DNA from: an uncultured Gemmatimonas sp.
Lineage (GTDB): Bacteria > Gemmatimonadota > Gemmatimonadetes > Gemmatimonadales > GWC2-71-9
Direction: 5' to 3'
Assembly: GCA_964619465.1 (NCBI GenBank)
Contig: CAZUES010000005.1
Coordinates: forward strand, 12,182-76,181
DNA length: 64,000 nt
Positions within the stretch are counted from its first letter, which is position 1; each line of letters begins with the position of its first letter. The notes under the pieces were generated by a model. That model was not told the origin of the DNA. It did not search any database and saw nothing but the letters and a program-made list of their open reading frames with translations. Positions 44,653 through 54,099 of the stretch are shown here, piece after piece. Both the position numbers and the translations under genes were made by a program.

Positions 44653-45156
44653 ATGCGCGACAACATCCTGGATGCATCGGTCCAAATCCTGACAGCCGCA
44701 GGACTCGAGGGCTGGTCACTCCAGCGGGTCGCCACTCGGGCCGAATGCGCTAAGGGTCTGGTCATCCATTACTTCGGAACCAAGGCCTCACTCCTGATCG
44801 CATCGGGTGACCGGCTTGCAACCCTCCGGGCCCAGCGCCGACTGCAGGCGGTCGGGACTCGGGGAACTGCCGGCATCGATCGACTCTGGCAGGTCATTGC
44901 AGATGACGCGGCCCTGGGCACCTCCGCTGCCGCTCTGGCATTGGCGAGCCACGGAATCCCGAGCCGCCGGCCCGGCGACGGAGGCGAGTTGCATGGGGCG
45001 CTGGCGCGCTGCCTGGGAATCCCGGCAGATTCGCTGGCCGAACCGCTCGCCCTGACCGCCATGCTGGAAGGCATCGAATTGCAGCTGGTTCAGGGCACGC
45101 CGGCCGGAGCGGTCCGAGCTGCTTTCGACCGTCTCTGGCTCACCCTGATCGAGTAA
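44653..45156 (+). CDS. TetR/AcrR family transcriptional regulator
   Basis: MRDNILDASVQILTAAGLEGWSLQRVATRAECAKGLVIHYFGTK is an N-terminal TetR HTH. Confidence 0.85.
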   Translation: MRDNILDASVQILTAAGLEGWSLQRVATRAECAKGLVIHYFGTKASLLIASGDRLATLRAQRRLQAVGTRGTAGIDRLWQVIADDAALGTSAAALALASHGIPSRRPGDGGELHGALARCLGIPADSLAEPLALTAMLEGIELQLVQGTPAGAVRAAFDRLWLTLIE

Positions 45157-45160
45157 GAGG

Positions 45161-45300
45161 CATGTCATGTCGATTTTATGCTATTTTATCGACAGATCCA
45201 TGAGACCTGTCGTCGCGATCGACACGTTCTCTTGACATGTCGATTTTCTTTATAAAATTCGACACACCTAGAATATCTGTCGATTCAGTCGACATCTCGA
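45161..45300. repeat. AT-rich tandem duplication of a ~70-bp module carrying eight TGTCGA/TCGACA half-sites (four inverted-repeat pairs) and a promoter-like element
   Basis: Forward half-sites lie at 45168, 45208 (TGTCGT), 45238 and 45278. Reverse half-sites lie at 45189, 45219, 45259 and 45289. ATGTCGATTTT occurs twice, 70 bp apart. TTGACA (45232-45237) plus 15 nt plus TAAAAT faces the Fic gene. G+C is visibly far below that of the surroundings. Confidence 0.7.
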
Positions 45301-45328
45301 AACTTCGGAACCCTCACTCCGAGTTCCT

Positions 45329-46456
45329 GTGCCAACATTCGACCCCGCAAGGGCTTACAACGAACTGCCTCCCCTCCCACCGGGGATCGACCTGGAGAGT
45401 CGATCCATCCTCAAGGCGTGTATCGAGGCACGGGCAGCCCTCGCTGAGCTCAAGCAGGCAGGACGACTGCTCCCGAATCCAACCATTCTGATCAATACGA
45501 TCCCGCTGCTCGAGGCACGAGCCAGCTCGGAGATCGAGAACATCGTCACCACGACCGATCGGCTCTTCCGATTCGCGCAGCCCGATCGTGAAGAGTTCGC
45601 CGATCCGGCCACCAAGGAAGCCCTTCGATACCGGACCGCACTCCGACGGGGCATGGAATCGCTGAACAGGAGGCCCCTCGCCACGACCACCGCCGTCGAA
45701 GTCTGCCGCACACTCCTCGCCCTGGACCTCGATGTGCGCCGTCTTCCCGGCACCGCGCTGGCAAACGAAGCAACCGGCGAGGTCGTCTACACCCCACCCG
45801 AAGGCGAGTCGCTCCTCCGCCAGCTCCTGAGTAACTGGGAACGGTTCCTCCACGAAGAGAAGAGCGTGGATCCCCTGATCCGTATGGCGGTTGCCCACTA
45901 CCAGTTCGAAGCCATCCACCCCTTCACCGACGGCAACGGGCGCACCGGCAGAATCCTCAACCTGCTCTTTCTCGTCGACCAGGGACTGCTGGATCTCCCG
46001 GTGCTGTATCTGAGCCGTGCCATCATCCGGCGCAAGGCCGATTACTACCGGCTGCTGCTGGAGGTGACGGCGCAAGGCGCCTGGGAGGAGTGGATCCTGT
46101 ATCTGCTCCGCGCGGTCGACGAAACCGCCCGCTGGACTACCGGACGGATCGAGGCCATTCGCACCCTGATGCAGGCCACGGTCGAGCACGTCCGGGAGCG
46201 GGCGGAAAGCATCTATCGCCGAGAGTTGGTGGAACTCCTCTTTACCCAACCCTACTGTCGCATCAAGAACGTGGTCGACGCCGGAATCGCCCGGAGACAG
46301 ACCGCCGCAAGCTATCTCAAGCGGCTGACCGATATCGGCGTGGTCGAGGAGATCAAGGTCGGGCGTGACAAGCTGTTCATCAACTCACGCTTGATGCGGA
46401 TTCTGATGGACGACGCACCCGGCGATCTTTCCTTCCCGACCGCCTCGCCCCGATAG
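45329..46456 (+). CDS. Fic family protein (class II, intramolecular inhibitory helix) with a C-terminal winged-helix-like domain
   Basis: Has the catalytic motif [12 protein letters not shown] and an N-terminal inhibitory motif matching [ST]xxxE[GN] (SSEIEN). GTG start. Confidence 0.85.
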   Translation: MPTFDPARAYNELPPLPPGIDLESRSILKACIEARAALAELKQAGRLLPNPTILINTIPLLEARASSEIENIVTTTDRLFRFAQPDREEFADPATKEALRYRTALRRGMESLNRRPLATTTAVEVCRTLLALDLDVRRLPGTALANEATGEVVYTPPEGESLLRQLLSNWERFLHEEKSVDPLIRMAVAHYQFEAIHPFTDGNGRTGRILNLLFLVDQGLLDLPVLYLSRAIIRRKADYYRLLLEVTAQGAWEEWILYLLRAVDETARWTTGRIEAIRTLMQATVEHVRERAESIYRRELVELLFTQPYCRIKNVVDAGIARRQTAASYLKRLTDIGVVEEIKVGRDKLFINSRLMRILMDDAPGDLSFPTASPR

Positions 46457-46457
46457 C

Positions 46458-46488
46458 GTAAGGGCGGGCCAACCTGGCCCGCCCTTAC
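46458..46488. terminator. perfect 13-bp G/C-rich hairpin between convergent genes (candidate bidirectional terminator)
   Basis: GTAAGGGCGGGCC-aacct-GGCCCGCCCTTAC lies between the Fic stop (46456) and the amidohydrolase stop (46498). There is no clear U tract. Confidence 0.5.
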
Positions 46489-46497
46489 CGTAGCAAC

Positions 46498-49400
46498 TCA
46501 GCGAACACCTGCGGCCGCAACCGGCGGACCGCCATCCCACCAGGTTCCGGCCCGAGGCCGGACCCGCGGATAGGTTTCCCGCAGCGTGTCGCCGTCGTAG
46601 AGCCGCCCGTTCTTCATGACGTACCGGATCGTGTTGGTGTTCCGGATGTTCTCGAGCGGGTTGGCATCGAGCACCAGGATGTCCGCCATCTTGCCCGGCT
46701 CCAGGCTCCCGACATCCTCACCCACACCGATCGCTTCGGCGCCATAGATCGTGGCCGCGCGAAGGGCGTCGTGGTTCGACATCCCGCCCGACGCCATGGC
46801 CCAGAGTTCCCAATGATTGCCGATGCCCTGGATCTGACCATGCGCACCTATCGCAGTGCGGGCCCCGCCCTCGATCAGCTTCTTCGAGAACTCGGCGTGC
46901 CGCGAGAAGACGTGTTCATCGGGGTGGAACCAGCCACCCTGCTGATAGTTGGTGCCACCGCGCCGGAGCGCGCGGCGCTGGATCTGTCCCTTCGGCGTGA
47001 AGGTCGCCAGCTTCTTGTCGCCCATCACATCTTCCGTGGTGTAGAAGTATTCCTCACCGAACGGCCCGCCGTATGAGACGAGCAGGGTCGGCGCGTTGGT
47101 CGTTTGGCTCGCTTTGAAGAGTTCGACCACGTCCTCGTAAATGGGCAGGATCGGCAGGGCGTGTTCGATGCCCGGATACCCGTCCATCGCGTGAGTGATG
47201 TCGAGCTTGTAGTCGAGCCCGCCCTCGGTCGTCGGCATGATGCCCAGTTCCTTGGCAGCCATGATGACCCACTGGCGCTGCTGCCGGTTGCCGGACATGT
47301 ACATCTTGAGGGTGTGGGTGCCCCAATAGTCGCTGTACCGCTTGAGCACGCGCTTGGCGTCCTCCAGGCTGTTCATCGGCTCGTTGTTGGGCAGCCCGAC
47401 GCCGGGACCCGTCGAATAAATCCGCGGGCCCAGCATTTCCCCCGCTTCGACCCGGTCCTGATAGCTCAGAACATCGGTCGAGCCCGTTTGCGGGTCGCGG
47501 GTCGTGGTCACCCCGTATGCCAGGGTGGTGAGATACTGCCAGACCTGGCTCGGATGAATTTCGGGAATCAGCCACTGGGCATGGTAGTGGACATCAACCA
47601 TGCCCGGCATCACCGTCTTGCCCGAGACATCGATGATCCGCGCGCCCGACGGAATCGGCACGGAGCCGCGCGGACCGACTGCGACGATGCGGTTGTTGCG
47701 CACCACCACGTCGGCGTTCTCGATGATCTCTTTACCCTTCATGGTGATGGCGCGGCCGCCGCGCAGCACCGCGGAACCGGTCGGCAGGTCGCGCCGGACC
47801 TCGACCTTGACGCGCAGTTCATCCGGACGGTAGCCGGGCTTGACGGGCGGCGTCTTGGCCTTGGTGGTGTCCCCGGCCGCCGATGAATCCCGCGTCGCGG
47901 CGGAGTCCTGCGCGGGCGGCTTGGGCTTGGTGGTATCGGCCGCGGCCTTCCTGATACTGTCAGCCTTGGCGCGCTCGACCAGCTTGAGGCTGTCGGCTAC
48001 CACTTTGGCCCGATCCAGGTTGTAGCTGAAGAGGGCGTTGCCGAGCGCGAAATACACGGTCCGGCCGTCGGCGGACCACGACGGAAACTCACCGCCGATA
48101 TCGGACAGTTTTTTGGTCGGCACCGATCCGGCCATGGCCACATTGACGGTCGGTACGGCACCGCCGACCACGGGAACGATGGCGTGATAGATGTCGGTGT
48201 TGATCTGCGCGACGGCCTCACCGCCCGTGGGCGACATCAGCACCACACCCGCAGGGGTCGGCGTCGGGATCGGCTCCATGGGACCATCGAGATGGGTCGG
48301 CCCCTTATTCGCCACGGTCAGCACATCCGCAGCGAGCGGAGCGACCCGCCGCGGCAGGAAGACCGGGGCTTCATGCCCGGCATCGAAGGCGCCGGCAAAG
48401 AACGGCATCGGTCCGACGATGCGGACGTGCTGTTTGACGTCGGTACCATCCCAGCGGAACGACACCAGCCCCTCGAACGGGTTTGAGGCATAGATCCGGT
48501 CGGGCTGGTTGCGCACGAAGTGAGGTACGTCACGACCGGCGGTCGGCGCGATGACGGAAACGTCACCGCCCGCAGTGGGCACCCAAACAAAGTCGCCGCC
48601 GAGCACCCTGCCGCCGTCTCCGGTCGCTTCGATCAGATCGCGGGCGGCCTGACGGGTGGCTACGATCCGGCTCCCATCGGGCGAGAAGACCGGGTTGCTG
48701 TACAGCGCCGACACCCGGGTCGCCGCCACGGGCCGCGCATTCCGGGCGCCCGGCGCAAGGGTCATGATCTGCCCACCTGCCGCATCGCCCCAGGTGATCC
48801 AGGCCAGCGTCTTGCCGTCGTCGGACCAGGTCGGCTGGAACTCGCCCACGTCGGCCGAGGTGATCCGGCGAGGCGTGCCGTTGGGCAGATCCATCAGATA
48901 GAGGCGGTCGAGCGCCACGAAGGCGAGCTGCTTCCCGTCGGGCGACACGGCGGGGTTGCGGATCTGTCGCGCCGTGAAGGTCGCCGTGGTATCCATCCGA
49001 TAGACGAACTTCACTTCCGGCCCGACGTCCAGCTTTACGTCGGCGCTGAAGGGGACCTTGACCGGCCCGCTCTTGTCGACCGGAACTCGCCAGATCTCAC
49101 CACCGTAAGAAATGACCACCGCGCGCGAGTCCGGCGTGAAAGCGTAGCCGGGCAGCGCATCGAGGGTCGCCCGCGCTTCCATGTCGTCGCGCTGGATCGG
49201 GTAGACCAGCCAGTCCTCGTCGCCGGTGGCCAGATTGCGGAGCCGGAGCCCGGTCTGGGTCTCGTGACGCGAGGCAAAGGTGAGCCACTTGCCGTCGGGC
49301 GATACCTGCGGACGTACCGCGGACCCATAACGGCCGCTCATCGGCGTCATGGCGCCGGTTTCCCGGTCGTAGTAGCCGATCTGGTACTGGGGGAAGATGG

Positions 49401-50043
49401 CGTTGTAGTGCCAATCGCCGCTGCGTGCCGCGAACCAGATCCGGCGACCGTCAGGCGCGAACGAGGCGCCGACGGTCTTGAGCTGCGCATTCTGCGGCGT
49501 GGCCGGAATCAGCGGCAGGCCGGCGCCACCATCGACGTGAAAGAGGTGCAGCTTTGCTGTGGGAAACGGGCCACCGCCACGACTGACCGCAACATACTTC
49601 CCGTCAGGTGAGAAGGTCGGCGAGATGTACTGAAAATTGTTGCCCTGCGTGAGCTGGGTCGTGTCTTTCTTGTCGAGGGAGAGGATCCAGACGTTATCCC
49701 CACCGCTCCGGTCAGACGTAAAGACGACTTTCTTCCCATCGGGACTGAAGCGGGGCTGCGCATCATAGGCCAGCCCGGTGGTGAGCGGCGTCGCCTTGCC
49801 GCCGGCGATCGGCATGGTGTAAAGATCGCCCAGCAGATCGAAGACGATGGTCTGTCCGTCCGGACTCACATCGAGCGAAATCCAGGTTCCCCGTGTCGCG
49901 GTGAACTCGGCCTTGCGCGATGCTTCGAGCGGCAGCGGCTTGGCCGGCGGAGCGCCGGGGGCGCCGGGAGCCTGCGCCGAGAGGACCGGGGCTGCGCCGA
50001 GAAGCGCGGCAAGCGCGGCTGAGAAAGCGGTAGTTTTCGTCAT
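46498..50043 (-). CDS. giant secreted fusion: TolB-like (PD40/WD40-like) beta-propellers plus a C-terminal metal-dependent amidohydrolase domain
   Basis: Has a signal peptide after MTKTTAFS, repeated PD40-like units (SPDG...FxS.R.G..NVW), and the amidohydrolase HxH motif (GMVDVHYHAQW). Start at ATG 50043. Confidence 0.8.
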   Translation of the reverse strand: MTKTTAFSAALAALLGAAPVLSAQAPGAPGAPPAKPLPLEASRKAEFTATRGTWISLDVSPDGQTIVFDLLGDLYTMPIAGGKATPLTTGLAYDAQPRFSPDGKKVVFTSDRSGGDNVWILSLDKKDTTQLTQGNNFQYISPTFSPDGKYVAVSRGGGPFPTAKLHLFHVDGGAGLPLIPATPQNAQLKTVGASFAPDGRRIWFAARSGDWHYNAIFPQYQIGYYDRETGAMTPMSGRYGSAVRPQVSPDGKWLTFASRHETQTGLRLRNLATGDEDWLVYPIQRDDMEARATLDALPGYAFTPDSRAVVISYGGEIWRVPVDKSGPVKVPFSADVKLDVGPEVKFVYRMDTTATFTARQIRNPAVSPDGKQLAFVALDRLYLMDLPNGTPRRITSADVGEFQPTWSDDGKTLAWITWGDAAGGQIMTLAPGARNARPVAATRVSALYSNPVFSPDGSRIVATRQAARDLIEATGDGGRVLGGDFVWVPTAGGDVSVIAPTAGRDVPHFVRNQPDRIYASNPFEGLVSFRWDGTDVKQHVRIVGPMPFFAGAFDAGHEAPVFLPRRVAPLAADVLTVANKGPTHLDGPMEPIPTPTPAGVVLMSPTGGEAVAQINTDIYHAIVPVVGGAVPTVNVAMAGSVPTKKLSDIGGEFPSWSADGRTVYFALGNALFSYNLDRAKVVADSLKLVERAKADSIRKAAADTTKPKPPAQDSAATRDSSAAGDTTKAKTPPVKPGYRPDELRVKVEVRRDLPTGSAVLRGGRAITMKGKEIIENADVVVRNNRIVAVGPRGSVPIPSGARIIDVSGKTVMPGMVDVHYHAQWLIPEIHPSQVWQYLTTLAYGVTTTRDPQTGSTDVLSYQDRVEAGEMLGPRIYSTGPGVGLPNNEPMNSLEDAKRVLKRYSDYWGTHTLKMYMSGNRQQRQWVIMAAKELGIMPTTEGGLDYKLDITHAMDGYPGIEHALPILPIYEDVVELFKASQTTNAPTLLVSYGGPFGEEYFYTTEDVMGDKKLATFTPKGQIQRRALRRGGTNYQQGGWFHPDEHVFSRHAEFSKKLIEGGARTAIGAHGQIQGIGNHWELWAMASGGMSNHDALRAATIYGAEAIGVGEDVGSLEPGKMADILVLDANPLENIRNTNTIRYVMKNGRLYDGDTLRETYPRVRPRAGTWWDGGPPVAAAGVR

Positions 50044-50051
50044 GGCGGGCC

Positions 50052-53000
50052 TCACCGGATCCCCGACGTCACGGCCGGAGCCGTCCGTCGCCACGGTTCG
50101 TCCGCCGCGGCGCGCGCGCGGGGCCAGATCTCGTTCATCGTGTCGCCCTCGTAGAGCCGTCCGTTCTTCATCACATAACGGACAGAGTTGGTGTTGCGGA
50201 TGTCGTCGAGCGGGTTCCGGTCGAGTACCACGAGGTCGGCCAGTTTGCCGGCCTCGATCGAGCCGAGATCACGCCCCAACCCGAGCGCGCGGGCACCACA
50301 GATGGTGGCAATCCGGAGCGCGTCGTGATTCTTCATGCCGCCACTCTGCATGGCCCAGACCTCCCAGTGATAGCCGAGCCCCTGCAGCTGTCCGTGACTG
50401 CCTACGCCACTGCATCCGCCTGCCTCGATCAGCCGCTTGCCGAACTCGGCGTGCTTCCGGAACATGTACTCCGACTCGTGGGCCCAGCCGCTCGGACCGG
50501 GACCGGCGGTGCGGCGGCGGACCTTAGCGTCGAACTCCTCGGGAGGCGTGAAGAAGCGCAGCTTCCGGTCGCCCACCACGTTCTCGCGGGTGTAGAAGTA
50601 ATTCTCGGCCCAGGGCCCGCCGTAGGTCACCAGCAGGGTCGGGCTGTTGACGGTCCCCGAAGCTTTGAACAGCTGGATCACGTCATCGTAGATCGGATAG
50701 ATCGGCAGGGTGTGCTCGATACCCGGATACCCGTCGATGGCGTGGGTCATGTTGAGCCCGAACTGCAGGCCGCCCTCGGTGGTCGGCATCAGCTTGAGTT
50801 CCTGCGACGCCATGATCAGGTGCTGGCGCGCCTGCCGGTTGCCTGCGATGTACATCTTGAAGGTCTTGGTGTCCCAGTACTCGCTGTACCGCTTGAGCAC
50901 GTCGCGAGCGCGCTGCAGCGACGTGATCCGGGATCCGCCGAAGACGCCGGGACCGGTCGAGTAGACTCGCGGCCCGTTCATCAGCCCGGCATCGACTCGA
51001 TCCTGGTAGCTCAGCACGTCCGTGGTACTGGTCTGCGGATCGCGTGTCGTGGTCACCCCGTACGCCAGGTTCACCTCATACTGCCAGTTGCGCTGCCAGT
51101 GGATGCCCCAGGCGGGCCACATGTGGGCGTGGGTATCGACGAAGCCGGGCACGATCGTCTTGCCGCTGACGTCGACGATCCGGGCATCGGCGGGCGCGGT
51201 TCCGGCCGGCCCGACGCTGACGACCCGGTTGTTGCGAACCACCACGTCGGCTCCTTCGATCACTTCGTCGCCGCGCATGGTCACCACCCGCCCGCCACGC
51301 AGGACCACGGTACCCTGTGGCACGTCACGTTCGACGGTGACGCGAATCCGCCGTTCGACCGGGCGGTACTGGTGCTGGAACCGGACGGTCGTATCCGCTC
51401 CGGTGGCGACCAGGCTGTCGTCGACGGCAAATCCGCGCTGCACATCATAGGAGACGAATGCATTGCCGATCGACCAGTGCACCGTGCGCCCGTCGGCGCT
51501 CCAGGTAGGGAACTCGCCCCCGATATCGGTCAGGCGGAGAATCCGCACCGCCGCGCTGTCGGGCTTGGCGATCGATACGGTCGGGACGGCGCCGCCGATC
51601 TGCGGCACTCGGATGAGATAGATGTCCTGGCCGAAGGCGGCCAGGGCCAGGTCGCCCTGCGGCGCCATTCGGATGGCATCGGCACGCGGCCCCACGACGG
51701 TCGGTTCCCGCGCATCGGCAAAATTGGGCGGCAGGATATGACTGGGCTCATCCCGCGGAGCAAATGGCGCATGGTACGCCGGCCCGCCGCCGGGCGATAC
51801 GAACCCGACCGGTAGCGGCCCGGTGGCCTGGAGGTGTTGCCGCAGGTCGGTGCCGTCCCAACGCATCGACGAGAGCGCTGCGGTAAACGACGTCGGCGGC
51901 TGCCCGGGCGCGGGAGGGAAGAAGCCGTAGAGATAGATGCGACCGGTGTCGGCCGCGAAGTGGGGCAGCCGCAGGTTACCTTCGGTCGACCGAATCACGG
52001 TGGCTTCACCGCCCGACGCCGGCACCCAGACGAACTCGGCGCCCAACCCATCGCCGATGAACGGGCCGACTTGTTCCTCGAGATTCCGTCGCTCGGCGCG
52101 GATCGCCACGATCCGCCGGCCGTCGGGCGAGAAGGCCGGCGTCTGCCAGAACGCGCTCGCGGTGCTGAGCCGAGTCGTCTGTCCGCTAGCCGGGTCGACC
52201 CGCATCAGCGCACCATCGCGACCGTCCCAGGTCACGTAGGCGAGCGAACTGCCATCCGGCGACCAGGCCGGGTAGTACTCGCCCACGTCACTACCGGTGA
52301 CCCGACGTGGCGTACCGTCGGGCAGATCGGCCACGTAGAGCCGATCGAGCGCGGTGAACGCCACTCGGCGACCATCGGGCGAGGGGGCCGGATTGCGAAT
52401 CTGGCGCACCGTGAAGGTCGGGGTATCCTCGATCGGATACTCGAACGCCACCTGCGGACCTACTGCAACTTCGGCGTCGACGCTGAACGGGATCCTGGCC
52501 GGGGCGGTCCCGTCGACCGGAACGCGCCAGATCTCACCGCCGTACGAGATCACCACGGCACGTGAGTCCGGAGTGAACGAGTAGCCGGGGAGGGCGTCGT
52601 GGTCGGGAATCGCTTCCATGTTGTCGCGCTGAATCGGGAAGGCCAGCCATCGCTCGACACCGGTGGCCAGCTCCCGGATCCGGAGGCCCGTCTCCTGACC
52701 GTCGCGGCTTCCATAGGTCAGCCACTTGCCATCGGGCGACACGGCGGGACGAACGGCCGAGCCGAGCCGGCCTGACAGGGTCGTGGTGGTGCCCGCCTGG
52801 CGGTCGTAGACGCCGACCTGGAACTGGGGCATCGTCGCGTTGTACTGCCAGATGCCCTGGCGGCTGGCGTAATAGATGTAGCGGCCATCCGGAGACGGCG
52901 CCGCACCGAAGTACGCCAGAGGGCCCGGCGCGCGGGTCAGCTGGATACCGCTGCCGCCGGACACGTCATAGAGCGTCAGCTTGGGCGTTCCGAAATTCGT

Positions 53001-53447
53001 GCCGGAGGAAGACGCCACGATATACTGACCGCCGGGCAACCAGACGGGCGAGAGATGCCAGCCGTGATTGCCGTGGGTCAGGCGTCGAATTCCGGACCCG
53101 TCGGCGTTGGCGATGTAGACGTTGTCGCCACCGCTCCGATCCGAGACGAAGACGAGTCTGGATCCGTCGGGGCTCCAGCGCGGCTGTGCGTCATAGGCGA
53201 GCCCGCTGGTCAGTCGCGTGGCTTTACCGCCGGTGATCGGGATGGTGTACAAGTCACCCAGCAGATCGAAGACGATCCGGCGGCCATCCGGACTCACGTC
53301 GAGTGAGATCCAGCTTCCCTGGGTCGTGGTGAATCGGGCGACACGCGCCGCTTTGAGCGGCAAGCTGTCCGACCGATCCTGGGCCGTCGCCACCTGGCTC
53401 GACGCGAGACCGCCAAGCACGAGCAACGCCATGCGCAGACGTTTCAT
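50052..53447 (-). CDS. paralogous giant TolB-like beta-propeller plus amidohydrolase fusion protein
   Basis: Has a signal peptide (MKRLRMALLVLGGLASSQVATAQ), PD40-like repeats, and the HxH motif (GFVDTHAHMWP). By eye it is about 60-65% identical to the downstream paralog, and its stop lies 8 nt before that gene's start. Confidence 0.8.
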   Translation of the reverse strand: MKRLRMALLVLGGLASSQVATAQDRSDSLPLKAARVARFTTTQGSWISLDVSPDGRRIVFDLLGDLYTIPITGGKATRLTSGLAYDAQPRWSPDGSRLVFVSDRSGGDNVYIANADGSGIRRLTHGNHGWHLSPVWLPGGQYIVASSSGTNFGTPKLTLYDVSGGSGIQLTRAPGPLAYFGAAPSPDGRYIYYASRQGIWQYNATMPQFQVGVYDRQAGTTTTLSGRLGSAVRPAVSPDGKWLTYGSRDGQETGLRIRELATGVERWLAFPIQRDNMEAIPDHDALPGYSFTPDSRAVVISYGGEIWRVPVDGTAPARIPFSVDAEVAVGPQVAFEYPIEDTPTFTVRQIRNPAPSPDGRRVAFTALDRLYVADLPDGTPRRVTGSDVGEYYPAWSPDGSSLAYVTWDGRDGALMRVDPASGQTTRLSTASAFWQTPAFSPDGRRIVAIRAERRNLEEQVGPFIGDGLGAEFVWVPASGGEATVIRSTEGNLRLPHFAADTGRIYLYGFFPPAPGQPPTSFTAALSSMRWDGTDLRQHLQATGPLPVGFVSPGGGPAYHAPFAPRDEPSHILPPNFADAREPTVVGPRADAIRMAPQGDLALAAFGQDIYLIRVPQIGGAVPTVSIAKPDSAAVRILRLTDIGGEFPTWSADGRTVHWSIGNAFVSYDVQRGFAVDDSLVATGADTTVRFQHQYRPVERRIRVTVERDVPQGTVVLRGGRVVTMRGDEVIEGADVVVRNNRVVSVGPAGTAPADARIVDVSGKTIVPGFVDTHAHMWPAWGIHWQRNWQYEVNLAYGVTTTRDPQTSTTDVLSYQDRVDAGLMNGPRVYSTGPGVFGGSRITSLQRARDVLKRYSEYWDTKTFKMYIAGNRQARQHLIMASQELKLMPTTEGGLQFGLNMTHAIDGYPGIEHTLPIYPIYDDVIQLFKASGTVNSPTLLVTYGGPWAENYFYTRENVVGDRKLRFFTPPEEFDAKVRRRTAGPGPSGWAHESEYMFRKHAEFGKRLIEAGGCSGVGSHGQLQGLGYHWEVWAMQSGGMKNHDALRIATICGARALGLGRDLGSIEAGKLADLVVLDRNPLDDIRNTNSVRYVMKNGRLYEGDTMNEIWPRARAAADEPWRRTAPAVTSGIR

Positions 53448-53685
53448 CCAAGCAACTCCCTATCCGAGTGTCGAGCGAATCGAAGACTCTGAGGAATCTA
53501 CGAGCCGAACGGCCTCCGTGTTCCAGGAAGCCGGCAACGGTTGAAAGGTAACTCCCGGTCGGCAAACGGCACCGGAATCGGCGCCACGGGTACCGTTCTT
53601 GTGCGGATCAGGGCAGATTTTCCGTCACCAACCTATGGTTGGCCATCGGGCCTACGCAGTTAGACCGGTACCCCAAGGAGTCACC

Positions 53686-54006
53686 ATGGCGAGATCCACA
53701 CTCGGCAGCGCCGCTCGGAACGCGATCAAGAAGATCAAGAAGGCGGCCTCGAAGGTCGAGACCAAAGTGAAGGGCGAGATTCGAAAGCGGAAGATCAAGC
53801 GTGGTCTCAAGACGGCGGCCAAGGGCGCGGCGGCTGTCGGTGCGGGTGCGCTGGCTGCCGTAGCGGCCACCAAAGGCGTCCGCACGCTGCGCGCGCGTGC
53901 AGCCGCGAAGGCCAAGACTGCCAAGGCCAAGGCGGCGAGCGGGACCAAGCGTGCCAAGAAGGCCGTGAAGCGTACGGTGCGGAAGGCCAAGCGCGCCGCT
54001 CGCTAG
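53686..54006 (+). CDS. Lys/Ala-rich histone H1-like basic protein
   Basis: An AAGGAG SD lies 6 nt upstream of ATG 53686. The 106-aa protein has KKIKKAASK and AKAKTAKAKAASGTKRAKKAVKRTVRKAKRAAR tracts and a central uncharged stretch, GAAAVGAGALAAVAA. Confidence 0.65.
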   Translation: MARSTLGSAARNAIKKIKKAASKVETKVKGEIRKRKIKRGLKTAAKGAAAVGAGALAAVAATKGVRTLRARAAAKAKTAKAKAASGTKRAKKAVKRTVRKAKRAAR

Positions 54007-54099
54007 CAGATCAGGTTGGTTCCGAGCGCCCCTCCGGCCGGCACCCGCAAGGTGCGCCGAGCCTGTGGGGCGCTCGCCGTCTCAAAGGTTGAGGAGCAG

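Noticed and set aside
45161-45300. The TGTCGA array read as a cluster of DnaA boxes (TTATCGACA or TTGTCGACA against TTATCCACA or TTGTCCACA), that is, an origin or DnaA-titration locus.
   Set aside because: Every copy carries the same mismatch (G for C at box position 6). No dnaA, dnaN, gidA or parAB genes are nearby. The paired inverted-repeat geometry fits a dimeric repressor better. The idea could be revisited with GC-skew analysis of the whole replicon.
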